Positions 39,621-48,250 of a DNA stretch of 64,000 bases are shown here, in pieces. The notes beneath the pieces were generated by a model, which did not search any database, was not told the DNA's origin, and saw nothing but the letters and a program-made list of their open reading frames with translations. The stretch comes from Acidobacteriaceae bacterium (GTDB lineage Bacteria; Acidobacteriota; Terriglobia; Terriglobales; Acidobacteriaceae), in contig PLBY01000063.1 of NCBI GenBank assembly GCA_003134655.1, positions 401 through 64,400 on the forward strand. The letters run 5' to 3'. Numbering within the stretch: the first letter of the stretch is position 1; each line of letters starts with the position of its first letter. Made by a program: the position numbers and the translations under genes.

Positions 39621-40999
39621 TTTGCCCCCCGGCCCAGCAGGACAATTTTGATGGTCTGGAAAAGGATCACCAGGTCCAGCCCCACCGAAGCGTTCTTGAT
39701 GTAAAAAAGGTCGTACTGGAGTTTCTCGCGCGCATCTTCCAGCGTGTTGCCGTACTTGTACTGGACCTGCGCCCAGCCGGTGATTCCCGGCCGCACCGTG
39801 TGGCGAACGCCATAATAGGGGATCTCTTTACTCAGCCATTCCACAAATTCAGGACGCTCCGGACGCGGGCCTACAAAATGCATGTCGCCCTTCAGTACAC
39901 ACCACAACTGCGGAATCTCATCCAGGCGCGCCATGCGCAAAATCTTTCCGCCGCGGGTGATGCGCGGATCATCATCCGCAGCCCACGTTGCGCCAGTATC
40001 CGCTTCCGCATCCTGACGCATGGTGCGGAACTTATAGCAATAGAACGTCACACCACCCCGGCCCACCCGTTTCTGCCGGTACAGCACCGGACCGGGAGAA
40101 TCCAGCTTCACCGCCAACCAGATGAAAGGCAGCAGTGGAAGCGACACCGCCAGCCCAAGCAGCGCGACCGAGAAGTTCAATCCCCGTCGTATCAGCCGGA
40201 AGAAGCTACTGAAGCGGAAGCCCTCCGCGAAAATGAGCCAGCTCGGATTCAGGTTTTCCACTTCGATTCGTCCGTTGATCTTCTCCAGCCACGAGGTCGC
40301 TTCTTCCACCTTCACGCCCTCCAGCCGCAGCTCGAGCAATTCGTCCACGGGAAGCGTCCCACGGCGGTCTGGCATTGCAACGATCACCCGGTGCACCCCG
40401 TTCTCTCGCGCCAACCCGACCAGATGCGTCGCCACCGTCTCCCGCGTCAGCTCGCCGTCGATATTCCCCGTCCATCCCACAACCTCGATCCCGAGCTCGG
40501 AACGCTTACGCAATCCGTCCAGCAAGCGCTCCGCCCGCTCTCCCGTGCCCAGCACATATACCCGCTCGCGAAAATAAGACTGCTGCACAATCCAGGAATA
40601 AGCCCCCCGCCAGCCTAGAAGCATCACGGCCAACACGAGCAGTCCCCACTTCACCCCCGGGAGAAAGATGCGACCTGGGAGGAAGTGGTCGTAAACAAAA
40701 TCCACACCCGCTAAGGAAAATGCCACCAGACCCAACACCAGGAATAATCGGAAAACCTGATCCCACATGGCTCCCAACCTGGCCGAGTCGTAAAGATCCA
40801 GCCCGTGAGAAAGCAGCAGCACGATGGCCGTAACGCCGAGGATTTTTAGGTACCCGCCCTCGACATTGAGCAGGATCCAGTTCGTCTCCGGGTTTAGCCA
40901 CCAGGTCGCCAGTAGAAAAGAAGACCCCACGACCAGGGCCTCCACTACCAGAAGCACCAGCGTTCGTACCGGGTAATAAACGTTGAAGAGCCGGATCAC
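39617..40999 (-). CDS. Priming polyprenyl-phosphate sugar-phosphate transferase (bacterial sugar transferase, PEP-CTERM-locus type)
   Basis: N-terminal TM bundle, central Rossmann-like region. C-terminal YKFRTM...DPRIT..GKILR..LDEIPQLWCVLKGDMHFVGPRP...PGITGWAQV. Confidence 0.9.
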   Translation of the reverse strand: MIRLFNVYYPVRTLVLLVVEALVVGSSFLLATWWLNPETNWILLNVEGGYLKILGVTAIVLLLSHGLDLYDSARLGAMWDQVFRLFLVLGLVAFSLAGVDFVYDHFLPGRIFLPGVKWGLLVLAVMLLGWRGAYSWIVQQSYFRERVYVLGTGERAERLLDGLRKRSELGIEVVGWTGNIDGELTRETVATHLVGLARENGVHRVIVAMPDRRGTLPVDELLELRLEGVKVEEATSWLEKINGRIEVENLNPSWLIFAEGFRFSSFFRLIRRGLNFSVALLGLAVSLPLLPFIWLAVKLDSPGPVLYRQKRVGRGGVTFYCYKFRTMRQDAEADTGATWAADDDPRITRGGKILRMARLDEIPQLWCVLKGDMHFVGPRPERPEFVEWLSKEIPYYGVRHTVRPGITGWAQVQYKYGNTLEDAREKLQYDLFYIKNASVGLDLVILFQTIKIVLLGRGAK

Positions 41000-41014
41000 G
41001 TTCTGGACTTCTCC

Positions 41015-41956
41015 CTAGGCTTTGGCCGTGGTCGGTTTCTTCTGGTAAGACTCGTAGTAGTAGCGGTCGTAGGGCAGCGCCTCCTCGCGCGTGCCGTTCA
41101 ACACCACTCCCACCAGAGTCTGATCCGGAAATTCCTGGCGAGCCTTGCGGGCTTTTTCGAACGGCGTCGAATTTGATTTCACGACCATCAACACGCCGTC
41201 GCATGCTTTCGCCAGAACGCTCGCATCCGAGAACCACACCGCCGGTGGCGAGTCAATGATGATCCAGTCAAACAACGGCTCGACGCGTTGTAACAGGAGC
41301 TTGAGGCGTCCATTGCCAACCAGTTCCGCCGGATCCGCCGCCTTGGTGCCGCTCGCGATGAAGAAAAGATTCTCCAGAGGGCCCCGCTGCATGATGGAAA
41401 ACTCGTCGTTCTTTCCCAGCAGGTAGTCGGAGAGCCCCGGATCGGATGTCGTACCCAACATTGTGTCCAGACGCGGATTTCGCAGATCGGCATCGATCAA
41501 CAGCGCTCGGCGCCCGTGCTGCCGCACCATGACTTGCGCCAGGTTTGAGGACGTGAACGACTTGCCTTCCTTGGGCTCTGCGCTGGTGATCAACAGCTTC
41601 TTCAACGGCATCTTCTCGCGCAGGTGATACAGGCGCGAACGCAGGGTGCGGAATTCTTCTGTGCCGCGCGCACCGTCGTCGCCGTTCAGGAAAAGCATTG
41701 TCGTCGGATCCGGTGGTTTCCATTCCAGCTGCGCGCAGCGGGCCAGCAAGGTATCGGTATTGAACGGGCTGGCGAAAGCCGGCATCCCCGGACGTGCCGT
41801 CGCAGGGGACGCTGTCGCCCCCTCTTCGGACGGGTTTTCCGCGAAGACCGGAGGTTCGGCCACCGGAGTCGTGGCGAAGTTGGGCTGCACCGCGCCTCCC
41901 TGGGTCGCTGCCCGCTCCTGCTCCGCTTTTTTCAACGCTTCATGAATTCGGCTCAT
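41015..41956 (-). CDS. BY-kinase-type tyrosine autokinase (CpsD/CapB-like ATPase subunit)
   Basis: Walker A ITSAEPKEGKS, A' LLIDADLRNP, B IIIDSPP. C-terminal Tyr cluster PYDRYYYESY. Confidence 0.85.
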   Translation of the reverse strand: MSRIHEALKKAEQERAATQGGAVQPNFATTPVAEPPVFAENPSEEGATASPATARPGMPAFASPFNTDTLLARCAQLEWKPPDPTTMLFLNGDDGARGTEEFRTLRSRLYHLREKMPLKKLLITSAEPKEGKSFTSSNLAQVMVRQHGRRALLIDADLRNPRLDTMLGTTSDPGLSDYLLGKNDEFSIMQRGPLENLFFIASGTKAADPAELVGNGRLKLLLQRVEPLFDWIIIDSPPAVWFSDASVLAKACDGVLMVVKSNSTPFEKARKARQEFPDQTLVGVVLNGTREEALPYDRYYYESYQKKPTTAKA

Positions 41957-42915
41957 AGTTTCCTTTCGTCGGGGAGGTCCTTTTCTTCCTGCTTCAAGCG
42001 ATCGGCCAGCGTGGCCAGCGACCGCAGTGCATCCACCAGATCAAATTTTTCGCCACTCGCATTCGGCGCAGGTGCCGGCGTAACGAGTGCACCCGAGGTC
42101 GTGTTGTCGCCCAGATCGAAATCCCGTGCGACGCCATCGACCACGCCGGGTCCAATGATTTTCTGCTGATCGACAAACGCACTCACCAGGCAGTGTTCGC
42201 AGAGCAGGTTGATCACGCGCGGAATTCCCGATGCATAGCGGTGGATCGACACGAGCGCTTCGGGTTCAAAAATCTGCTGTCCATTCGATCCCGCGATGCG
42301 CAACCTCTGCTGCACGTAGGCTTTGGTCTCGTCGAGGGTGAGTGCATGCGTCTTAGCCCGCAGCGTGAGCCGCTGCCGCAACTGCCGCAACTGCGGCTGC
42401 TTCAGCTTTTGTTCCAGTTCCGGCTGTCCCACCAGGACGATCTGGAGCAGCTTTTCCGTGAACGTCTCCAGATTGGTCAACATGCGGATCTCTTCCAGAA
42501 CTTCGTCCGAAAGGTTCTGCGCCTCGTCGACGATGAGCACGGCCGTCTCGCCCGCCCGGTAACGATCAAGCAGCCAGTTGTACAGCCGCAGCAGGATCTG
42601 GCTCTTCGCCTTCGAATCACAGGGGATGCCGAAGTCGGCCATCATGTAATCCAGAAACTGCGGTGTGTTCAGTCGCGAGTTGAAAATGAATGCCGTGGCC
42701 ACCTGCTGCAGACGCAGCCATTCCAGCAGCTTGTTGATGAGTGTGGTCTTGCCCGTCCCCACTTCCCCGGTGAGCAGCACAAAACCCTTGCGGCTCTGGA
42801 TTCCATAGGTCAGGCATGCCAGCGCCTCCTCCGTGTGCCGCGTCAAGAACAGATAACGCGGGTCCGGATTAACGTTGAACGGGTTTGCCCGTAGTCCGTA
42901 GAAATCTTTGTACAT
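41953..42915 (-). CDS. ExeA-like AAA ATPase (PEP-CTERM-system-associated ATPase type)
   Basis: MYKDFYGLRANPFNVNPDPRYLFLTRHTEEAL... and Walker A LTGEVGTGKT are typical of GspA/ExeA-like proteins. Confidence 0.85.
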   Translation of the reverse strand: MYKDFYGLRANPFNVNPDPRYLFLTRHTEEALACLTYGIQSRKGFVLLTGEVGTGKTTLINKLLEWLRLQQVATAFIFNSRLNTPQFLDYMMADFGIPCDSKAKSQILLRLYNWLLDRYRAGETAVLIVDEAQNLSDEVLEEIRMLTNLETFTEKLLQIVLVGQPELEQKLKQPQLRQLRQRLTLRAKTHALTLDETKAYVQQRLRIAGSNGQQIFEPEALVSIHRYASGIPRVINLLCEHCLVSAFVDQQKIIGPGVVDGVARDFDLGDNTTSGALVTPAPAPNASGEKFDLVDALRSLATLADRLKQEEKDLPDERKL

Positions 42916-42937
42916 AAGTGGTCCCTAAGCGTTTCGC

Positions 42938-44509
42938 TTAAACTCCAACCGTGTCTTTATGCTCGTCCGGACTCTTGTCCCGGTTCCAGAACTTCAGCTT
43001 GCTGTTTCCGTTTTCCGGGACCACGACGCCCACCCACGGAACCGCCGCCAACAAGGGCAGGTCCAGAGCTGCTTCGGCATCGGCTTCGGTGCGGATCGAT
43101 TGGTCACGCAACTCGAACCACATCGCCAGACCGATTCCCAGAGCCAGCCCGGCACCGACGCCAACACCAAGGAAGATCCAGATATTCGGGAAGCTCGGAG
43201 AGTCCGGCAGGCTCGCCGGTTGGATCTCACTCATGCGCTCGCCCTGGGCCTGATTGGTCATATTCGACGTAAGATCGGCGGTGCTTTTCTTGGAAAGCAT
43301 ATCCTGATAATTCTTGTTCGCGCTGTCGTAGTCGTTCTTGAGCCTGCTGTAGGTTTCCTCTAGTCCCGGGCTCAGGTTCAAGTGTTGCTGGTACTGCGCG
43401 ATGAGTGGTTGCAGCCTCTTCCGCTCGCGCGTAGCCTCTGCAATTGCGTCCTCATCGTGGTGAAGTTGCTGCCGCAATTGCCGTATCTCGGGCGGTTCCA
43501 TCGCCGAGGCCTTCTCGTTGCTTGCTTCCGGCGCGTCCTCCGATGCCTTGTTGATTTCCGCAAGTTTCCTTCTCACTTCGGCGATGTTGGCCTTGGCCTT
43601 CATCACATCCGGATGGTCATCCGTATAGCGCGTCTGCAGGTCGATCAATTGAGTCTGCAAGTCGGATAACTGCTTTTGCAGCGTCTGCGGATTCGTCGAG
43701 GATTGTGTCGATTTCCACGCCGCCAACTGCTGCGCGAGCGCCGCCTGGTTAAAAGACTTGTCCTGTTCCGCCAGATTCAGGTTTTGGGTGTTACGGTCAT
43801 CCTGCTGGTTCAACCCCTGCAATATTTTCAGGTTGTTGTCTTGGTCCGTGGGAAGCTGCCCAAGGTGGGCGTTCTTGAAATCCGCCAGATCGCGGCCCAC
43901 AGCGTCGAGTTTGGCCTTCGCGTCCTCCAGCCCTTGCTTCAGCACATCGACGGTTCCCTTAGCGTTCTCTTGGATGAACTTCATGTTCTTGTCGATGATC
44001 TTCGAGGTCAGCGCCTCACAAACTCGTTGGGCGTCCCTCGGGTTCGAGGCCATGTAAGACACCATGAATCCGGGTGATTGGCTCTGCCCAGGTTTCTTCC
44101 TCAACGTTGAACCTGTGATCTGAGAGAGATCGGAGAACGGAGCACCCACCAGCGCCGGTTGGTTGCGCATATCATCTAAAGTGCCATCTATTTGTTGCGG
44201 GGTTCTATTCGGAAATAGCTGCGTCAGCATCGGCCGCATTTCGCTATCACTGGTCGCCAGCGCTCTCAGCATGCCGATGCGTGTCTGCAAATCGTCCGAA
44301 ACCACCGGTTGCACCATGCTCTCCGGCACCTTCTGACTCTCAATCAGCACCAGGGACGTCGAGGTGTACTTGGCGTAGTACCGGTTCACGACCAGGTAGG
44401 CAAGAAATCCCAGCAACGTCGCACCCACCACCGGAATAAGGATCACCTTCGCTCGCCGGCGCAGCATCGCCAGATAATCGTCCATCGTCAATTCGCGATT
44501 CTGAATCAT
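42938..44509 (-). CDS. Polysaccharide chain-length determinant (Wzz/PCP, PEP-CTERM-locus type)
   Basis: From MIQNRELTMDDYLAMLRRRAKVILIPVV (N-terminal TM). Long coiled-coil periplasmic region. C-terminal TM WIFLGVGVGAGLALGIGLAMW. Confidence 0.8.
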   Translation of the reverse strand: MIQNRELTMDDYLAMLRRRAKVILIPVVGATLLGFLAYLVVNRYYAKYTSTSLVLIESQKVPESMVQPVVSDDLQTRIGMLRALATSDSEMRPMLTQLFPNRTPQQIDGTLDDMRNQPALVGAPFSDLSQITGSTLRKKPGQSQSPGFMVSYMASNPRDAQRVCEALTSKIIDKNMKFIQENAKGTVDVLKQGLEDAKAKLDAVGRDLADFKNAHLGQLPTDQDNNLKILQGLNQQDDRNTQNLNLAEQDKSFNQAALAQQLAAWKSTQSSTNPQTLQKQLSDLQTQLIDLQTRYTDDHPDVMKAKANIAEVRRKLAEINKASEDAPEASNEKASAMEPPEIRQLRQQLHHDEDAIAEATRERKRLQPLIAQYQQHLNLSPGLEETYSRLKNDYDSANKNYQDMLSKKSTADLTSNMTNQAQGERMSEIQPASLPDSPSFPNIWIFLGVGVGAGLALGIGLAMWFELRDQSIRTEADAEAALDLPLLAAVPWVGVVVPENGNSKLKFWNRDKSPDEHKDTVGV

Positions 44510-44579
44510 CCTCGTATTCCTTCTGGCGGTTTCCCTCAACCTTGCAAGGCAAGGACGAAAACTCGCCGTCCTTTGAAAA

Positions 44580-46157
44580 TCAGTCAATCCGGATCGGCCG
44601 GGGGGTCCAATCCAATCCAAAAGTCACCAATTGCCGGTTCGAAATCCGGTTGCACAGAGTATTGGGCAAGCAGTACGACTGGTCGAACGCCAACTCGTTA
44701 AACTGGTAGCTGACAAATGCGTGGAAGTCCCGCCCAAACGCGCGGTGCAACCCACCCCCGATGAAGCCATACTGATTGCTGGTGGCGTCGTTGGCAGGAC
44801 AAGCGTTTTGGGAAGTCGACGTCTGCGAACTTGTGCATTCGATCACCTGCTGCTCAGTCAGGGGCTGCAACCGGCTGTTGTACGCATACCCGATGTCGGT
44901 GAATGCGTTCCAAACTCGCGTTAGAGGTCGGGTCGCGGTCAACCGCACGATGTTATTCTGCGTCCCCGCAAACACGCCCGACCCGCTGGTTTCGTAACGT
45001 TGAAAACTCAGATCCAACGATGTTTTCGTAAACTTGTAGCGCAACCGGGCCTGCGCCGCCACTCCGAGCTTCGTGTTCTTGAGGGTCGCGGAACCTAAGG
45101 AATCTCCTACGGCAGTACAGAGAAGGAGGGGAACCGTAGGATCACTGCACACGGCACTCTGGGTATCGATGAAGGTAAACTGCGGTCCCGCCCCCAGCAG
45201 CAAGTCCATCCGCCCTGAAATCCGGTGCCCGTACATCCCTTGGATAACGTGGGTATGAAACGCCGTCCCCTCGACTGAGAAATCGAACCCCTGATACCCA
45301 TAAACCAGCGCGATCTGAGTATGCGACGTGAGTATGCGGTTGTATCCCACCTGTGCCGAGGTCTGCGAGCTGCCGATAAATGCAGAGCCCGTCGATGCGT
45401 CGTTTCCGTAAAAATGCGTGAAGGCATATCCGCCGGCCGCCGTGATGGCTGACTTGGGTGTGAGGTTCTCGGAAATATCCCCGACGCTCACGTTCATGAT
45501 GCGCGGAGTCAGACCCAGGGTTCCCATGGCGGTGCCGCTCCAGAAACTGGAGAAGGCGGTGCCGCCGAGCGATCCAATCCCCTGCGACCCCTGCGAACCG
45601 TAGGCTCCCCCGAAATTGCCTTCAGGCAGATAGCTGAAGCTGTCACGCAGTGACAATTCTCCCCGCTTCCAGGTGATCTTCTGGTCGAGATCCATTTGTT
45701 GCAGTAACTTGCCGCCCTGTCCCTGCGAGGAGTAATACCCGCCGCCGCCCATATAGTCGAGAGCCAGATCGTAGTTACTCCACAACCGTTTCAACGTCAC
45801 GCTTCCCAGCGCGCGGGTAATGGAACTGACCCCGGATCCTCCTGCGACGTTGCCCGCGTTGGTCTGCGCCGACTCGCTGAATGTCGCTCCCGGTTGCACA
45901 TAACTCAGCGGCGCCGCATGCGGCTCCAGAGAGGGCAGATCCAATCCAGACAGCGGCGGATTCTCGCTCACGGGAGGCGGCGCATTCTCCTGTCCATAGG
46001 CCGGTATCGGCTCCTGCGGATTGTTCTGCGGCGCAGGCTCCTGCTGGCCGCTCGGCGCCGGCTCAGTCGACGGCGGCGTGGAACTGTCTTGGGCCCATGC
46101 TCCACTCAGCGCAAAAACCAGCATGCCCAGGATCCAGATGCTCTGAAGTTTTCTCAT
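44580..46157 (-). CDS. Outer-membrane beta-barrel protein of the EPS export module
   Basis: Signal peptide MRKLQSIWILGMLVFALSGAWAQ. Pro/Gln-rich linker, then alternating beta-strand pattern with many aromatic-Gly motifs. No family name confidently assigned. Confidence 0.65.
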   Translation of the reverse strand: MRKLQSIWILGMLVFALSGAWAQDSSTPPSTEPAPSGQQEPAPQNNPQEPIPAYGQENAPPPVSENPPLSGLDLPSLEPHAAPLSYVQPGATFSESAQTNAGNVAGGSGVSSITRALGSVTLKRLWSNYDLALDYMGGGGYYSSQGQGGKLLQQMDLDQKITWKRGELSLRDSFSYLPEGNFGGAYGSQGSQGIGSLGGTAFSSFWSGTAMGTLGLTPRIMNVSVGDISENLTPKSAITAAGGYAFTHFYGNDASTGSAFIGSSQTSAQVGYNRILTSHTQIALVYGYQGFDFSVEGTAFHTHVIQGMYGHRISGRMDLLLGAGPQFTFIDTQSAVCSDPTVPLLLCTAVGDSLGSATLKNTKLGVAAQARLRYKFTKTSLDLSFQRYETSGSGVFAGTQNNIVRLTATRPLTRVWNAFTDIGYAYNSRLQPLTEQQVIECTSSQTSTSQNACPANDATSNQYGFIGGGLHRAFGRDFHAFVSYQFNELAFDQSYCLPNTLCNRISNRQLVTFGLDWTPRPIRID

Positions 46158-46165
46158 CGCTTTCC

Positions 46166-46795
46166 TTACGGAACCACCACCGTGTCGCCCGGTTTCAGTT
46201 GGATGTTCTGTTCGGGGTGATTTCCTTTGATCACTTCCTTGTAGTTGAACGGCAATTTCTCCTGTTTGCCGTTCTCCGTGCGCAGCAGGTAAATCCCTTT
46301 GACATTGGCAAATTGCGTGAAACCCGCCTGCGACAGCGCTTGCAACATCGTCATGTGCGGCAGCAAAGCCATCGGCCCGGTGTGTACAACTTCTCCGGTC
46401 ACAAAAATGCGCCGGCTGTTCATCGCCATCACCACCACGGTCACCCGCGGATCCGCGATGAATTTCTTCAGTTTTTCGGTAATCGAATCCTTCAGCTGCA
46501 ACGGAGTCAGGCCCGCCGCTGGAATATCGTTCAGCAGCGGCATTGAGATCTTTCCGTCCGGGCGTACTGGCAGGGTTTCCGAAAGATCCGGTTCCTTCCA
46601 GACCGTAATGCGCAGCTGGTCGTCGGCTCCAATCGAATAATCGGAATCAGAAGATGCCTCTGACCCCTGCACAGTTGCTGCCGGCTTCGCATTCTTGTCT
46701 GCCTCGGTCTTCTCTGCACCGCTGGTCTGCGCCAGCAGTCCCGCTGCCAGTAAACCCATCCCCATCAACACTGCCAGTTTCATCGCTTTCGTCAT
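46166..46795 (-). CDS. Polysaccharide export protein (Wza-like; Poly_export + SLBB)
   Basis: YSIGADDQLRITVWKEPDLSETLPVRPDGKISMPLLNDIPAAGLTPLQLKDSI and C-terminal LKPGDTVVVP. Confidence 0.85.
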   Translation of the reverse strand: MTKAMKLAVLMGMGLLAAGLLAQTSGAEKTEADKNAKPAATVQGSEASSDSDYSIGADDQLRITVWKEPDLSETLPVRPDGKISMPLLNDIPAAGLTPLQLKDSITEKLKKFIADPRVTVVVMAMNSRRIFVTGEVVHTGPMALLPHMTMLQALSQAGFTQFANVKGIYLLRTENGKQEKLPFNYKEVIKGNHPEQNIQLKPGDTVVVP

Positions 46796-47793
46796 ACGGT
46801 CTCCGCGGAGTTAGGACGCTCCGTTCCTTCAAATCCAATTTGCTTCAACTTGTAGAGCAAAGCCTTGTAGCTGATCTGCAGTTCCTCCGCGGCCCGCCGC
46901 CGGTTCCAGCGGGTGCGCGTCAATGTGTTCAGGATCAGCTCCCTTTCCGCCTCGCGCGAGGCCGCCCGCGACGCTGCCTTCAGAGAAATTCCTCCTCCGT
47001 TGACGCCCGCCTCGGGCTTGCGCAACAAAGCGCGCAGACCGCCCAGGGCCACCTGCTCATCTCCCAGCGCCACCAGCACCCGGGCCGCGTCTTCCAGTTC
47101 CCGCAAGTTCCCTGGCCACGAATAATCGAGAAACAGGCGCAGGGTCTCGGCGCTCAGGTCAGGAACCGTACGACAGAAATCCCGCGCATACTTGCGCAGA
47201 AAGTGCCCCATCAAAAACGCAATGTCTTCTTTCCTCTGGCGCAATGGAGGCAGCCGCAGACACACACCGCTGATGCGGTAATAGAGATCCTCGCGCAACC
47301 GCCCCCGCTTGACTTCCACTTCCAGATCACGGGCGCTTCCACAAATCAGCCGGGTGCGATGGCTTGCGGCCACGCGTTTCCCATGCGATTGCGGTAACGC
47401 CTCCAGCAGGCGGGTCTGGCACTCCTGACTCAAGTCGGCCAACTCTTGCAGATAGATCGTTCCGGTGCTTGGCTGCGCGCCGTCGTCTTCTTGTTCCCGC
47501 AGAATCTCCAGGTCTTCTGGCTCGAGTCCTAGACACTGAAACCAACGGAAGGGCTGCGCGCTGCGTTGCGACATTTGATGGATGCGCTGCGCCGTGGCGT
47601 GCTTGCCCGCTCCCGGCTCAGCGAGCACGAGGACGGGAACATCGCTCTGCGCCAGTTCCCGGATCACTGCTTCCACCGGCCGCATGCTCGCGCTCACACC
47701 TTCCACGAACGCAAGTCCGGCCGGCTCGGCCGCCGAGCCTTCTCCGCTTTTCGCACGAGTTGGCAAGAAGTTGCCCATTTTTACCTTTTCCAC
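46792..47793 (-). CDS. EBP-like (sigma54-activator-fold AAA+ plus Fis-type HTH) regulator with degenerate ATPase and no GAFTGA loop
   Basis: Colinear with NtrC-type central domains (LREDLYYRISGVCLRLPPLRQRKEDI, WPGNLRELE, HTH RWNRRRAAEELQISYKALLYKLK). Walker A is AEPGAGKH, Walker B is IYLQEL, and GAFTGA is absent. Possible alternative start ATG 47778. Confidence 0.8.
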   Translation of the reverse strand: MEKVKMGNFLPTRAKSGEGSAAEPAGLAFVEGVSASMRPVEAVIRELAQSDVPVLVLAEPGAGKHATAQRIHQMSQRSAQPFRWFQCLGLEPEDLEILREQEDDGAQPSTGTIYLQELADLSQECQTRLLEALPQSHGKRVAASHRTRLICGSARDLEVEVKRGRLREDLYYRISGVCLRLPPLRQRKEDIAFLMGHFLRKYARDFCRTVPDLSAETLRLFLDYSWPGNLRELEDAARVLVALGDEQVALGGLRALLRKPEAGVNGGGISLKAASRAASREAERELILNTLTRTRWNRRRAAEELQISYKALLYKLKQIGFEGTERPNSAETV

Positions 47794-47841
47794 TTTATGC
47801 AGGGGACGGCCGATGCCCCCACGATTCGCTGTAGTTCTCAG

Positions 47842-47857
47842 AGCACGAGGATTGCCA
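47842..47857 (-). promoter_or_regulatory. Candidate sigma54 (-24/-12) promoter for the EPS operon
   Basis: Minus strand reads TGGCAATCCTCGTGCT (GG-N10-GC spacing correct), about 35-50 nt upstream of the regulator start. Confidence 0.4.
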
Positions 47858-48250
47858 CTGCGGTGAGTTCTGCCGACAAAGACAGAGATTCTATTGCACC
47901 TATTGTTTTCAATAACTTAGGACAAAAAGACTGAACCGGCGGGGGATGTTCCAGGATCTGGTCAGAATTCCGTTGCCCTGTGACTAGGGGATTTGTGGGA
48001 AAAACTTTTCTCACTTTGGGTGGCTCACTCTGCCACAGCTGCCACCCACTTTTTCACAAGTCGAGCGCCTTGAATTGAATTCTGCGGGGGCAACCTAAGG
48101 CCCATCCATCAAGCATAGTGGCCCGTACCGACCTCCGAAAGTTACCCCAGTAAGCCACCTCGGTACCGGAGTTTGCATTGCGCACCCGCGCTGTTTCGCT
48201 TATTCTCGAAGTTCCCCACCGCACAAATTCCGGTTCCCGTGGTCCAATAG

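Noticed and set aside
48161-48182. CGGTACCGGAGTTTGCATTGCG upstream of the exosortase gene, which resembles the GGTAC...TGCA promoters found elsewhere in the locus.
   Set aside because: Aligning GGTAC with TTGCA gives one extra spacer base. The alternative register (CGGAGT-N5-TTGCG) has a poor -24 element. It was kept only as a very weak possibility. The exosortase may use a different promoter type.
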